DNA of 63,992 nucleotides, filler included, from Circinaria calcarea (taxonomy: Eukaryota), in NCBI GenBank assembly GCA_051942165.1. It is 3 parts of 3 records of this genome, joined end to end, with 100 filler letters (N's around TTAATTAATTAA, not from the genome) between each part and the next. Parts side by side here need not be neighbours in the genome. Positions count along the whole stretch, not along the records: positions 46,203 to 63,992 come from JAVECS010000255.1; 2 more parts are not named here. The stretch is one strand, 5' to 3'. A program made the position numbers and the translations under genes. Below the pieces are notes generated by a model. That model did not search any database, had not been told where the DNA came from, and saw only the letters and a list, made by a program, of their open reading frames with translations. Positions 47,383 through 61,447 of this stretch are shown here, one piece after another; position 1 is the first letter of the stretch; each line of letters opens with the position of its first letter.

Positions 47383-49375
47383 AATAGAAGAAAACCACGC
47401 TTATCTTTTCGATAAACCCCTTTACCCTGAAGAAACTGCCCGCGTGACGGATTTTCTGATTGTTGAATAAACAGGAGCGAGGGGCTCTTTAAGTATGGTT
47501 TGGAGGGAAAGTTAAAGCAAGATAATGGAATAGTCCGAAGTCGATTCATGGGGTCCTATATTGAAGTATTGAGCGTACCCAGAGCATGACTTGGCCATAT
47601 TCTATTCCTTTTCCTCGCTCGTTTCCCATGCAGCCATGATTCACCCAATCAAGAGAAGAGACACACAAGGTCAAGGTGGAGAATGTGACGACCGCGGAAC
47701 GGAGAGTGGCTGCAGCACTGGGCTGAGAGCGCGAGGACTCCTATACGGCAATATGTGCAGTACGATGCGTATAGAAGGATCGGCGTAGACTAAACCCGGA
47801 TTTTGGAAGGTTTTGAGCGACAGCTCGAGGGTAAGCGTATGCACCTGCGCATTCTTCAGCTCTCCAGAATCCACGTTATACGGGCTTCACGGGCTAACTC
47901 GCTCGGTGGCCCTCACGTATCCGAGCCAGATCGGTTCAGCTGACGATGGTCACGAATACCTATAGGATAAAGCATTGATGATGCTCTGTCCGGAACTTTG
48001 ATGGATCCTGAGTCCCCTCTGGGCAGCGGTTGCGCTTTTGCATGAAGGTTATGCATACATCGACACCAGATCTAATAGATTTATCCCATGTTTCTGAATC
48101 CGCATGCGCCGCATACCGGGCTAGGATGGGAGTATCTGGATTTGACGCTGATATGGAGTACGGATTAAGCATGGTTGAAAGGGGTCATCACAGTAGGACA
48201 TCCTCTGTCTTAATTAGCGTCTAATTGTATACGGTATCCTGTCATCAATAGCGTTTAGCCATAACAAGGGGTCAATGAGCGTTGACCTTACTCTTATTCT
48301 CCTTAAGCTTTAAATTTGCCGACAGGAAAAGCGTGTCACCTGCACTCCGCATAGAAGGCTCCCACACTGTCGTCCCTAGAGCGGAGGAACAACTGTCAAA
48401 AGGTCTGATTTGTTACTATGGAGGTGGTTGGGGCTATAACGGCGAACCCAAAGTACCGTACAAATAAAGCTAATAATTGTGTGGCTTCATATCTCCAGTT
48501 TCTTAAACTTCTCTATTGAAGAATGACTAATTTGGGACTCTTCTGTAAAGTCATACTTGGAACCCACTCTCTATACAAAAAGGGTCAGAGCGGCTGCTAC
48601 AGCCTGACGCGATACTTTCCTCCAGCAAAGCCGGGAAAGTAGACTCTGGTTCATGGCGATGCTTCTTCTACCGTGGACACGGTCAGAAGGGCGGACTGGC
48701 TGGATGACCTCGGTGATCGGGAGAGGACATTATAACTCTTCTCCGAGCAATCTCGTCGAAAGAGGAGCCACAGGAGAATCCCAGGTCAACGGGAGTATTC
48801 AGCCGGTCCACCTTTGATTGACACCGTGCCCAAGCCTCATTCATTTGATTGTAGCCAAGTGATATGCTGCGAACGGGTTCTGCCTTATGCACAAGCTTAG
48901 ACATGAGACAAAAATACCGAAGCACTTGTTTCAAACGCCGTGGAACCCCTCTCGCTTCTATTTTGGCGTTAAGTCTCGATAACGCATAGCGGATAGCTCA
49001 TGCAACTGATGATTGCTCGCTAGGGTAGCCAGCTTACCTAATATAAAGTATATAAAATCTCCTTTGCTCGGATTAGGAAAGCTAGGCACAACGTATACAA
49101 AAACTATCTAAAGTACTGTTTATTGACGCAAAGCCAGATTCTCAAGCTCCTTGCAACCTGTTAACGCACCTCGTATTTCCCTAGTCTTATCTGAGTCTGA
49201 TCATCATGCAGTATTAATGGTAAGACCGGATAGCAATTCTCCAAGAGCAACGGCGATAGTTGGTTTTACCTTTATTGAGATATACCGGATTTCAATTTCT
49301 GATTATAATACAGATCGTACACTTTGCTCCACATCTCCGTTCAATTTTATCAGTTCGATAGCCTTTTCCACCTTT

Positions 49376-51093
49376 TCAATCAGCCTGATCCTCTGCAGTT
49401 ACTGCAAAAATCATTTCCGAGTCCGCCAAGCCGAACGCCCAAGCTCCTTCCTCATACCCTTTTCGTGTCGTTACTTCGACCTCAATCTCGCCATCGGGCT
49501 CCATAATGGCTGCTGCTATATTGGAGTTCTCTGTGGTCGGCGGCACCCACCGACCATTTAGCGGCGTAATCTCATAGCGCATGATAAACATTACCACCAC
49601 TGCCAAAACTTCGGTGGTTGCGAAATGACGCCCAGGACACAAGGTCGCTCCGCCACCAAATGCTCGGAACGCGGCTGGATTTGGTCGTTTACCGCCCGAT
49701 ACCTTAGTACAAGCTCCAGCTTTCATAAAGCGCTTATGATTGAATTCGCCGACGTCGGATCCCCATATAAAGGGATCGGTGTGAACGACTAGAGTCGGCA
49801 TTAGAATTGTGCTATCTTTCTTCAAGAGGTATTGATCATTGAGAAGAGTATCCTGCATCACCTGCCTAACCGAGGTTCCCATTGTTCTGACGCGAAGGAC
49901 TTCTTGGAAAGTTGAAGTGAGAAGGGGACAATTTGTCTTAACGCTAGTGATGTCCAAGCTTCTTGTGACAGTACCATCATTGTCACATCGTAAAGCCATG
50001 ATTGTGGTGACCTCCCTCCTCAAGTCGTTGAGGACATCCGGGTACGCAAAGGTATGGTATAGCATCCAGAAGGCGGCTGGAGCAGTATTGACTAATACCG
50101 CTATAGCACCTCCGACCTCATATCGCGCAATGTCCGTAAGAGGTATCTTGAACTTTGTACTGGTGGCATAACGATTTTGGACGAGGACCGAGCCGAGCTC
50201 ATGACCTTTGTTCCCGAAATAATCCTCGAAGGCTCTGCTGACAAGAGCACGGCCTGAGCAACCCTTTCGCGCCGTTATAGAAGGGACCACGTTCATCATG
50301 ATCATGACAAGGTCACTCTCAAAGGCCCTGTTCAACCTAGTAAGCATTTTGTCCTACACATGAAACGACGCCTTTCTTTATCCACTCACCAGAATGCATC
50401 TTCCACCTTTGGGTCTTTGAAAGGGTTCATCGGGCCATAGACAGCATTCGTAGTAGCCATTGTAATTTCATGACGAAGCCATTGTACCAGCCCTATCTTG
50501 ATAGGTTTATCGTTCTCTCCTTTTAACCTTCCAAGAGAAGCAGCGATATTCTGAACCATTATACGGTTCATACTATTAAGTCCCACCCCTGGTGCTAAGG
50601 CGGGATGCAAGGATTTGTAGAATTCCACCGAGTAGCCCCAGTCGCCTTCGTCTCCATTGACGTTGATGTTCAAAATGTCGTTTGCTTCCTTACTTGAGCC
50701 ACAAACCGTCATTGCGAACTTCGCCTCAATCGGTGGGAACGCTAGGGTCTTTGAATGGCGTTGGATAGATGAAATCAGCTCCGGGGAGTTGACTATATAG
50801 AGCTTTGATCCAGGCATCGCCATAGTGTAGATATCAAGGGGATTTTGCTGTCTGAGGACTGATAAGTAAATTTGTGTTAAATGGACTTGTTCAACGACAA
50901 GAGCGAGGACAGACCTTAACAGGACGTAATACTTCAGCTTTTGTCGCAATAGCCCAATAATATGACCGATCAAAGGGATCTTCTGTGCCATAAGAGGTGG
51001 TTCACGTGGATCATGTTTGGTCAGTAGGAAGCGGTTGGTCAGATAGTAAACACCGGTGGCTAGAGCCAAGCAAAGTAAAAGTGCTATCTGCAT
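49376..51093 (-). CDS. Cytochrome P450, CYP7-like fungal group; 2 introns
   Basis: N-terminal TM then REPP..IPLIGH, I-helix AVLVNTAPAAFW, EVLR, FNHKRF, heme motif FGGGATLCPG. Confidence 0.93.
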
Positions 51094-52279
51094 TTTGTTG
51101 GAGGAGGAAATATTGAACACTGTTCGTGTCGAAATGGAAGATACTTTACAGGTCCCTTGATAGCATCTATGCAGAAAGTTAAATTGTAAATCGGAGTGCA
51201 CAGGAAAGGCTGGGCGATGCCTTTTCAGAGAAGTATGTGTGTCGCAGCATACACCTAATTAATGCTGCGGCGGGGGCATGCAGGTCAGGGAGGCTCGTCT
51301 CACTTCTCTGCCGTATACATGTAGTGATGCCAATTTAGGATCCATGCATCGAAGGATCCATGCATCGAATGCAAGTTGGGGGGGGGAACTCGGTCAAGTG
51401 AATAGACGCGTGTTTTGGGCCTATTGCAAGGGTCTGTAAGGAAAACCACACTAATATACTTCGTGTTGCGTACAACTTCCCATACGGAGTCGGCAAAGGT
51501 TTTGAAACAGTCTGATGCCCCCCATGGCTCATTTATCTCTGTGATTTCCCATAGAAACGGGCCAGTGCAGAATCGTCTGTGCCAACCCAGAATGCAGGTG
51601 TTAATTGGCTATACAGGGTTTGCTAGAGCCATGGCCGTTTGAATGGGGAACCATCGGATAGGACGGCTAGTATAGTGATTAAGCTCCCGGCACGGTTACC
51701 TAAGCCAATTGCTGTACCACATGCAAGGGAAACTAGGCCGCCAAACCAAAGCGGACCTATGATAGTATCTGCTAACGTGATAAGGAGCCGAACACCACTA
51801 TTGTACAGATGCTAGAAAGCCTTAGGTCCACTGCAGCCTCGTGCTTTATCCAAACCTTGCACTTGAGTCTCGATTGCCATCTTCCTTGTCGTGCTTGTGA
51901 CAAGGGTCTACTTCTTGGCTCGCTCTTTGACGGTAGATCGAAGTAGACGTCGTTGCCAAATCGTTTGCGTCAATATCATTATGTTCATCTTCAAGCTATC
52001 TTTAAACCTTACTCCCGGCATGAGGAAATAGTATGACCAGTTCTGTCCCGCAGTCGCTACTGGATTTTGATTCAACACTTCATCATAGCGTTATATCAGC
52101 TTATTGTGCGAGGCATATAGACGTACGTTGTAATATACGGGTACAATTAGCACTTTATGTAGTGGAGTCATTCCGCGTAAGCCCAGTTACTGAACGAAGA
52201 AATGATGTATGATATATGATATGAAACTCGCAAGCTTGACGAATCTCCAACTTTCGAACAATTCAAAAATTATCTCCTG

Positions 52280-54061
52280 TTATTCCCTGCGCGTAATCCG
52301 TACATTGAAATCTTCCTGGAAGAATATACCATAACATGTACTTTTCCACGGCCTAGTCGGGTTGATGGTGCTAATATCAAATTGTCTCAGTAACTGTAAA
52401 GATCCCATGTTAGCATTAGATACGTAAATGGTAAATGCTACATACTTCGAAGAAGATCTTATTCAACTCCATGGTGGCGATTTGAATGCCTAAGCATTTT
52501 GTGGAGCCATGACCGAAGATTAGCTCGTGGGTTCGATACATTGCTTTCAGGCGTTGTCCATCCGTTATAAACCAGCGCTCCGGCCTGAAGACCTCCGGAT
52601 CGTTACCATATACCTCGTTGATCTGGGTTCCCCAAGCATTAAGACCAATAAAGGTTCCCCCAGGAACTCTATACCCATGAATTACATCGCCTTCTGGGGG
52701 CACCAGTCGTTCGCGTAATTGGCTAAGGGGAGGATATCTACGCAGTCCCTCCATAATGCACGCTTGGAGGTAAGGTAGTCGTCGCGCTTCGATGTCTTGG
52801 ATTGGAGATGAAACCCAGCCTTGAAACAAGGCAGTGTCAATCTCTGACCGTAACGCTCTATAGACACGGGGATCAGATATGATTGCCAGCAGCGTGCCTT
52901 GTACAGAAGTGGACGTTGTGTCAGAGCCAGCAACTCTGTATCATAAAATAGTTAGTAACCTCTTTTTCAAGCAGTTGTGACAAAGTTAGCGGGGACTTAC
53001 AAAGTGACAAAAAGTTCCGCTTGGATATGATCTCTTGAAATGCCCTTTTCAAGGAACAATCCTAACATATCTCTTTTCGGCGTCGTTTCTGACTCTAAAC
53101 GCCTATCAACAGCTTTTCGTATGACCTGAATACGCATCGTAATAAGTACTTGAACCATCAACTGATTTGGGATACGTACTCCCATAATCTTCCCGATTCC
53201 TCTCTTATCGTCCGCTGAAGGAACCAACAGGCGGCGAAAGACTGGGATCTTGGAAAGATAGAATAGTAGACTATTGAATTCGAGCAATACCGATAGCTGT
53301 TGGCTAATCACACTACCCGCCTGGACTGTTGAGAGGAAATCGAATTTGTCACTGTCGCTTTCAATGCACCCAAACGCCTCGCCGAGACACAAGTGCGTGA
53401 TAAGATCCACCGTCAGGAATTGAATCCTCTTTCCAATGTCAAAAACCTTCGAGCTGCTCGGCTGAGATACCCAGAAAGTATCAATACGCCGGACCCAGTC
53501 AAGTAAATGCTCGTCAACAATTTGCTCAATATCATCAACCCCCTTGCCTGTGTACTAAACCATAAATGAGCCGTGGTTCTCACAACGTTAAATGCGATCG
53601 GGCAGGCTTACACCATTCGATAGTTTATAACGCAACTGATTGTGTTTTCTGGTATCCCTTTCAGAGACAATATTAGGTTCATGAGGGTTGATTTTTATCG
53701 AATCAAACCAAGGAGCTCGAGTATATCGAGATCCAGCAGCCAAAATTCGACGGGTAAGATCGGGATCGTCTGTAAGAAGGTGGTTAGGACCTATCCTTGC
53801 TATAGGACCTAAATATGGCGTTAGTGTTGAAAATATGCTGTGGGGAGGATGACTACCATATCGTTTATTTATGTCGACGAATTTCTCCGCAGAATGGCCC
53901 GATGCAAGTGTTTTGATGAGCCAAAACCTAGTATAAGCAGCCCATCTAGGTCCTGGAATATCCGAGAGAGGCCATAGCTGTTCGAAGATGAAACCCCACC
54001 AGAAAATAGTTTTCAAAACAAGGGACACAATAAATATCAACGGGAACCATAAGGTATGCAT
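52280..54061 (-). CDS. Cytochrome P450, pisatin-demethylase/benzoate-hydroxylase-like group; multi-exon
   Basis: IPGPRWAAYT, ARIGPNHLL, VAGSDTT I-helix, EGLRRYPP, FRPERW, heme motif FGHGSTKCLG. Last exon ends FNVRITRRE* (TAA 52282-52280). Confidence 0.92.
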
Positions 54062-54990
54062 GTTTGTTTTTACAATGACCGTTGCTGAAAGATTCAGGTT
54101 ACCGGAGAGAAGATGTTAGAATATTTTGTATCTCGATAAAAGATTGTAACTTGTTCTGAATACTTGGCTATCTCTGTAACTTCGCTGCACAGCGCACCTA
54201 GTATATCGTGCTTTTGCCACAGATACAAGCCTGTAAGATACTTGCAGCTAAAGCCGCCCGACGTTACACAACTAATCAGATTCGTTACCATGGCTCATGC
54301 CAACATACTGAAGGCCGAACAGTGCGCAGCAGTGAACAGCCTTAATCTCTATACCAATCGGTTTATAGCAAAACCTGATGTGGACAGTTGTTTATCTTTA
54401 TCTAGGTGTGGCACATCTAACACGAAATCAAGGATGATCACCCAGGGCTATCCAGTCGATTTCATGAAGCTGAGCCCTTGCCTGGTTGTAAGGGTATATT
54501 CATTGGCAGTACACTATATGTGCTTCACTACTAGCGTGCCATATAATGCCCCTACGCCGCTACAAAAGGTATGCACGTCCACTTCAGCTGCATATTCGTA
54601 GCTGCATGCATGCTTCATAGAATGATGCAAAGTGGTACAGCCCCGAACCCGTGGCGGAAGTTTGCTAATGTCCTCACACCCTTTCCCATTAGCGATGCAA
54701 TCACTCGATAGCTCTTCGTGCTCGCCGCAAAACAACACTGCCAGATGCCACATGACCCTTTGCTCGTGGGCTCTAGCCAGTATTCAACGCACTGCGCCGT
54801 AACCTTACTCACTTCCTAGAGAACAGGGACATACTGTAGCCCGCGGACTTGGGCTGCATTGGATAATGCTGAAACGCTGTAGAAGCCAACATGCTTTGAG
54901 AGCTGCACGTATAATTACCATTGCAATTCCGAACCCCTTGGCCCTGCCCTCTCCATATTGCTCTTAGACAAAGACTTGACCAGCGCAGTA

Positions 54991-56511
54991 ATGGCCTCTG
55001 TACCTCCTAACCTTGCCAACATCCCTCTTCAAGCCCCGCCACCAGGCGTCACTCCAAACTTCGTTAATCCTGAAAGCGATTCATACAAGATCTATATTGC
55101 AGCTGGAATATGCCTACCACTTATGCTATTTTTCTCAGGTGTGCGTCTCTACGCCAAGGCATTCATAGTACGCAAAAGGACACTGGACGATTGTAATGCT
55201 CTATATTGTTCTTATATCTGCAGCAACTTCTAACTAGTCTTCTAGATTCGCACGTCTTTGGCATGGTATTATCCCCTTCGAGGCAGTCAATAGACGTCTA
55301 ATGGTTTTACTGCAGCTGGCTGGATGCATACAAATCGCCTTGACTGTTACTCGTGGGCCAGATACAGATGATTTTACATCATTCCGATGGCTAACTTTGG
55401 ATAGTTGCTAGCGAAGGTTCTTATGGCCGCCATGCTTGGAATGTTACGATAGGGGTTTTGTCTGTAAGGGTGGTATTAGTAAGATTTTTCATACTCAGCA
55501 TAATATGAATCCTGCTTATCAGCTTTCTCTAGCTATCGCTCGTGCTTGAAGTCACTTACGGACCCTTTATCTGGTTTATTAAATCGTCACTCTTCCTACT
55601 ATTCCTCGAAATCTTCGGTCGTCTTCGATGGTTAAGGTACCTCGTTTACCTTGGCATTGCTGTAACTGGGTTATTCTACTTCTCTTCCTTGATTGCTCTT
55701 CTTACCCTATGCGCACCAAGAGACGGACAGACCCAGATGTCATATCTGAATGCGATAGCTTCGCCAAGATGCGCTCGGAATAAATCGCTGAATGTTATTT
55801 TGGGTATTGTGAATATTATCAGCGATTTCTATATTCTGATCATCCCTTTACCTGCGGTGTGGTCTCTTCAGCTTCCGACACGGAGGAAGATTGGCGTTTC
55901 GGCAATTATTCTGACCGGTTTCGCGTAAAGCCCCTGAACGCTCTGAAAACTTCTTCTAGTACGCGCTGAGAATGATTTAGAGCTTGCATAAGCAGTATCC
56001 TAAGCTTGATCTATCGAATCCGCCTTAATAACACTCAAGACAATACATGGAATGTTATACCCCTTTGGGTTGTCTCGTAGGTGAGCCATACCCATACTCT
56101 TAACATGCTAATATGAGTTTCAGGATCCTCGAAGTGTCTGCTGGCGTTATAGTATCATGCATGCCAGCATCTGCAGCAGTCTATCGTCACTTTAGTGCTC
56201 CCGCCACTGTCTCTGTGAGCAAATACGGGAGAAGGCTTCGAACTCGTACGACACCGTTACGAACAACATACAGAGTCGAAGGAATAAGAAGTCGCCCAGC
56301 ATCACCTGAAAAGTACTCTTACAACAGCTACGAGATGATTGGCGGTAAGCCGCCACCAGGGATGGCTCCGGTGTGGCCAGCTCAGGTACACGTAGGCGAC
56401 GAAGGCTCAGGAAGCATACCGAGTCACAACCAAATTCGCAAGACAACGGAGCTTCACGTTAGCCAGGCTCCGCGTAGGTCAGAGGATTATCGAGGTTGGC
56501 AGTTTAGCTGA
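54991..56511 (+). CDS. PTH11-like (fungal rhodopsin-like domain) integral membrane protein; ~6 introns
   Basis: APPPGVTPNFVNP, RLYAK..LDD, YGRHAWNV, FIKSSLFLLF, NIISDFYILIIPLPAVWSLQL, EVSAGVIVSCMP. Confidence 0.88.
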
Positions 56512-58236
56512 AGCCTCTCTTCCTTTGCGTCCCAAACCTGCGTATATTTAAACCACCAAAAATGAATTTTATCTACATTAAAGGTTTCTGATAGCCCTCG
56601 TAACAGTCCTTCCCCTTTGTATTGCTATCTCGCTCTTGTCGAAAAAGTTAAGCGAATTAACTATTGTTCCAGTACATAAAAATTTATGCTCAAGGTTTTC
56701 GTTTTATCCTTCAAGTTGTGCACGCTCCTATGACCTATGCCTCAGAACCAGTTTAGGGACTTTTAAAAACCATGAATAATGTAAGACTAAATTTGCCTGA
56801 TCCTAAGATGTTTGTCTTGATCGAAGCTTGTGGCTGAACTGTGTTGCGTATTGCAAGGCTGAACCGCGATCCTGATAATTTTTAACCTACCTACAGAACG
56901 CGGCGGTACCCATGCGCGCCATGCAAGCCAGGAGTGCAAGGTTTGATTGGCCGTAGGGGTTGGCTCGAGCCTTGGCCACTGAGCGGGAAATCATCGGCGG
57001 ACTTGTCATAAACTGATCTGTATCGACTATTCTGAATCCCTGTACATCTGAGGCACACGCATCACGGAGATAAAGTGAAAAGTCCGGTTGGAGTCTTCGC
57101 TGCTGAAAGGGCTCTGCCTCAGTAATACTGAACGCATTGCCTGATCAAGATGCAATGTTGAGGATCATGTCCCCACCTTCTTTAGGCATGCAGGCTTTAC
57201 GCTGGGACCTTGCTTCTGGATTGCCAGATCCCTTATTGGTATAATGGAATTAAGTTTTGGATTGCATAGATACGTGTCTACAGCATTGTTCCACAATCCT
57301 CATCCTTTTACCCTTGTAATATTACGGCGACTATATCATTTCCTAATCCGACAGCCTGGCCAAAAGGTATGCAGCGATTCTTGCGTTCAATGTCACACTA
57401 CTTCTGCACCATAGCTGCATGAGGGAGAGATTCTAGAGCACTCCACCGAGGCGGCGCTTGCATACCTGCAATAAAACTTTTGCGTTGAGACTAAATATGG
57501 ATAGTTCAAGGCGATAGTGATGCATATACAGGCACAGCAACTCCGCATCCAAGGCGTCACAGGACTTGCAAGGTACATCTCACCATACCTATACGGGTAA
57601 TGTCCGTCGAACTAAAGCGTGGCACACAACGGGGACCAGAACTGCGGGTGCGCCAGGTCGATTTTCAGGCTGTTGGTCGAAAAATTGATAGGCTGAGATG
57701 TACGGAGTAATCATATAAGAGTACTTAGGGTATCTCTCTCGGCTAGACACCAACCAATCGCCTACCGCATGTATACTTTCATTTCGCGCCGCCGCTTTCT
57801 GTATTCTAAGCTCTATTCTATCGGAACCCATGACCAATGATAGCGATATGCATGAGGTTTGTAGCTTACAAACAACTAATCAGATAAAAGAATTAGAACT
57901 CTGCAAAGCTGAATAGCCCAGGCGATCTTCGGAGTATACTCATGGGCTGTGTACAGAGTCCTGACACCTCCGAATAGCAGTGTGGCAAGGATATCAATCC
58001 CTGTTTTATACACAACCTTTGGTCGTCCCAACCCAGGCGCTACTACTCGGTGCTGTTAGGACTCTGAATATCCATGCCAGAGGACCTAGCCCTCTTCAAG
58101 CCGTTTCAGTCCAAGCTTTCTGTGCTCCACGTCGACTCCGAAGGTATCTCACCTCTAGCAATTGGCCTATCCTTGAATTCCTCTCGTTAACACCTCAATC
58201 GTACTATTGAATCTTTTTCTACAGAAGGCTTCCCAA

Positions 58237-60033
58237 ATGGCAGCTTTACTAGCAAATGCAGACAAAGACATTAAGCACAACGTTAAAACCGTGGATAACT
58301 TTATCGCTATCCCTACCAACGCTGTGAATCCAGGGACTGCTGTTGTCAAGCAAGAGAACACTACCGGTGAGGGAAATCCTGGGAATGGATGGCGATATTG
58401 GGCTGTCATCATAGCCCTTTGCGTCACGGGCCTTTTATCAGCCATGGAAGGCACAGTTGTACCAACTGCACTTCCTACAATTGTGCACGATCTCGGTGGA
58501 GGCGAGTTATATGTATGGGTGGTGAATGCATACTTTTTAACTAGGTGAATAGGCGATTCTTTAGCCAATGTATTGATCCTAATGCCCTCTACTGCCACCG
58601 GCTAACTTATATTTTTGAAACTTAGTACTGCCCTACAGCCGTTATACGGCCAGACAGCGAATATTCTTGGCCGACGATGGCTAATAATCTTTGCCATCGT
58701 ATCGTTCATGTTAGGCAGTGGGATCAGTGGTGGCGCGAGCAGCATGACCATGCTGATAGCCGGTCGTACGGTTCAAGGCATCGGCGGGGGCGGTATTTCA
58801 ATGCTAATTGATCTTATCGTTTGCGACCTTGTCCCTCTTCGGAAGCGTGGCAGTGTCATAGCCATCATATTCGGTGCAATCACGGTGGGAACCGCTCTAG
58901 GACCTTTCCTTGGCGGTATTATAGTACAGACCACTTCGTGGCGCTGGGTATTCTGGCTCAATCTTCCCATAGGAGCTGTGGCATTCATACTTTTGTTGGC
59001 TTTTCTCCAGGTGAATTATGAGAAGGAGTCGACCTGGAGGGAGAAGATTAAAAGAATCGATTTTGCTGGTAATGCTATATTTATTCTTTCTGTTATTTCT
59101 ATCCTATGTGCCCTGACAAACGGGGGAACAAGCTGGTTATGGTTGTCTTGGCGAACTATCTTCACACTAATAATCGGATTTACCGGACTGGGGCTTTTCT
59201 ATATCTTCGAGACTTCAAAGCTGTGCGTCGAACCTACCTTGCCTCCGCAGCTTTTCGCAAATAGAACTTCGGCGACGGCTTTTACACTTACCTTTATCCA
59301 TACTTTTCTTATGTATTGGGCTGTATATTTCTTGCCTGTTTACTTTCAAGCGGTTCTCGGTTCGTCACCAGCCCGATCAGGTGTACAGCTACTACCAACA
59401 GTTATCACACTTATGGCTTTTGCCGCAGTTGGTGGAGGTACTATGCAGCAACTAGGACGATATCGGCCTATCCACCACACTGGGTTTGCACTTATGACTA
59501 TTGGTCTTGGAACCTTCTCAATCCTTGATGCTACGTCAGCGGCAGGGACCTGGGTAGTCGTTCAGATTGTCTTTGCCGCTGGTATAGGTCTCTCTATCGG
59601 CACCCTATTGCCTGCGGCGCAAGCAGCGCTTTCCGAATCGGATACAGCTACAGCAACGGGACTCTGGGCTGTTCTCCGCAGCTTTGGAACCATATGGGCC
59701 ATTACGATTTCTGCGGTTGTCTTCAACAATAGATTTGCCAGCCTTTCTGGACGGATAAGCGACCCTACCGTAAGAGCTCTGTTGTCCGGTGGCCAGGCAT
59801 ACGAGCACGCAACCGGCGAATTCATAGGCTCTTTTGGAAACCAATCTGACCTGCAGAAAGAGATTGTCAGTGTTTACACTGATAGTCTAAAGCTTGTATG
59901 GCAAGTTGCCATCACTATTTCTGGGTTAGGCTTTCTACTTATCTTTGCAGAAAAGGAAATCACGTTAAGAACAGAGCTGGATACTAATTATGGTTTAACG
60001 GAAAGTAAAAACAAAGAGGAGAATCAATGTTGA
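58237..60033 (+). CDS. MFS drug:H+ antiporter (DHA2, 14-TMS); one intron ~58545-58625
   Basis: LSAMEGTVVPTALPTI, LQPLYGQ..GRR, GRTVQGIGGGG, DLVPLRKRG, WRWVFWLNLPIG, FLPVYFQAV. Confidence 0.93.
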
Positions 60034-60715
60034 GACCTCATTGAAATGGCTTTCTTGAGCTAGATCTAACGATTGTCCAGAGCTAAATATGTTAGATCCA
60101 GCAAGATAACTTTTTATAACTCTATCACAACTCATATTACACGGTTGCACTCTCCACTGCTTATAGATACGCAATGACTACTATTATAATGGCTCGACTA
60201 TGTACGATGTGTCTATCTAGAATCTTGCTTCGAAGCCCATGTGCCATCACACGCAAACCAAGCATTCAACTCAGCTTCAATCAGACTCTCGGTCCCTTGT
60301 TCGCACATTCAAAACCTGACTATACTCAGCCTTGCGTAGGCTAAAAGATCATGCCATTGCTTCTCAGTCCGTTCGCGCACCGCACCCAAAGCCATCATGA
60401 GCTAATCCATGGAAGTATCCCACCTCGACGCTCCCACACGCGAACTCCAAAGTGCGTGAAGAAGGGAAAGTATCGTAAGGATAATAGGATTAGAAAAGAT
60501 GTTTTAGGGATCAAATGTTTCAGCCGTTATGTTTCACTCGATATTTATATCCGCAAGTTCCTATATATCTTTATAGCCCTTGATATAGCCGCGATTAGAG
60601 TCTTATAAAATACGAATTATGTTTATTCTCATCTATATTTAACTTCGTACCTACTACCGTTCTTCAACCCTTTAGATCGTTGGGAATAACTAATTTATTA
60701 ATAATAGCTCCTATA

Positions 60716-60935
60716 TGTAAGGGCTCTACCCGAGAACCCCTACGAACCCTACGGGTGAACTATACACCGAGGTCACGAGGTATTGGCTTAGCGAGAAAGG
60801 TTTTCTTCGCGAAGCGTTATACCAGAATTCTTTAGCAATAATTCAGACGCTTATGCGAACCAATTGAGCTCATTATCACACAATTTACCGACCCTTATCG
60901 TAAGATCATTATACTATTCGTAAAGGATCCTTACA
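60716..60935. mobile_element. Probable LTR remnant (220 bp)
   Basis: TGTAAGG...CCTTACA perfect 7-bp inverted termini in AT-rich, TpA-rich context. Flanks CTATA/TCAAA do not form a TSD. Confidence 0.5.
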
Positions 60936-61447
60936 TCAAAGCACCCCAGATTTTCAGAACCCTTGAAATTGACGACGCAATGGAAGTCGGAGGGGTCCTA
61001 CTAATCTCTTGCCCCTGGTCTCAGCGAGGGTCGCCGCGTAAGTTTGGGGCGAGGCTTGCCCGGTAAGATATTAATCCGAATATTACCCGAAACCACAATT
61101 TATAATTAGGCGCACTCGCCTACTCCGGGCCTAGGTATACCTATCCGCCTACTACTTATGCCTCCGCCGATAATTCATGCCACTGGAAAACCAACTTCGC
61201 CCGAGAATGGCGAGAACAGGGGAATATTGCGATTAAGTCACGCTGAGAAAAGAACGGGGAACTGACGTTAATAAGGCGCGCATTCCGGCTCCACATCTTA
61301 GCTATCCCCCGAACATTCTCCCACCAGATACATATGAGCATTTCAGATTATACACGTTCCAGTAATCATGCTATTAACCAAGTGACCTGTTTCTCATATA
61401 AGTCTAGCTATCCTAGCACCCTTACACGCGACTTGTTCTTTTGACAG

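Noticed and set aside
46829..47470. Cys/Tyr-rich ORFs as metallothionein-like or RiPP precursor proteins
   Set aside because: They arise in all three frames from a nucleotide minisatellite whose unit lengths are mostly not multiples of three; no signal peptide or KR-delimited repeats.
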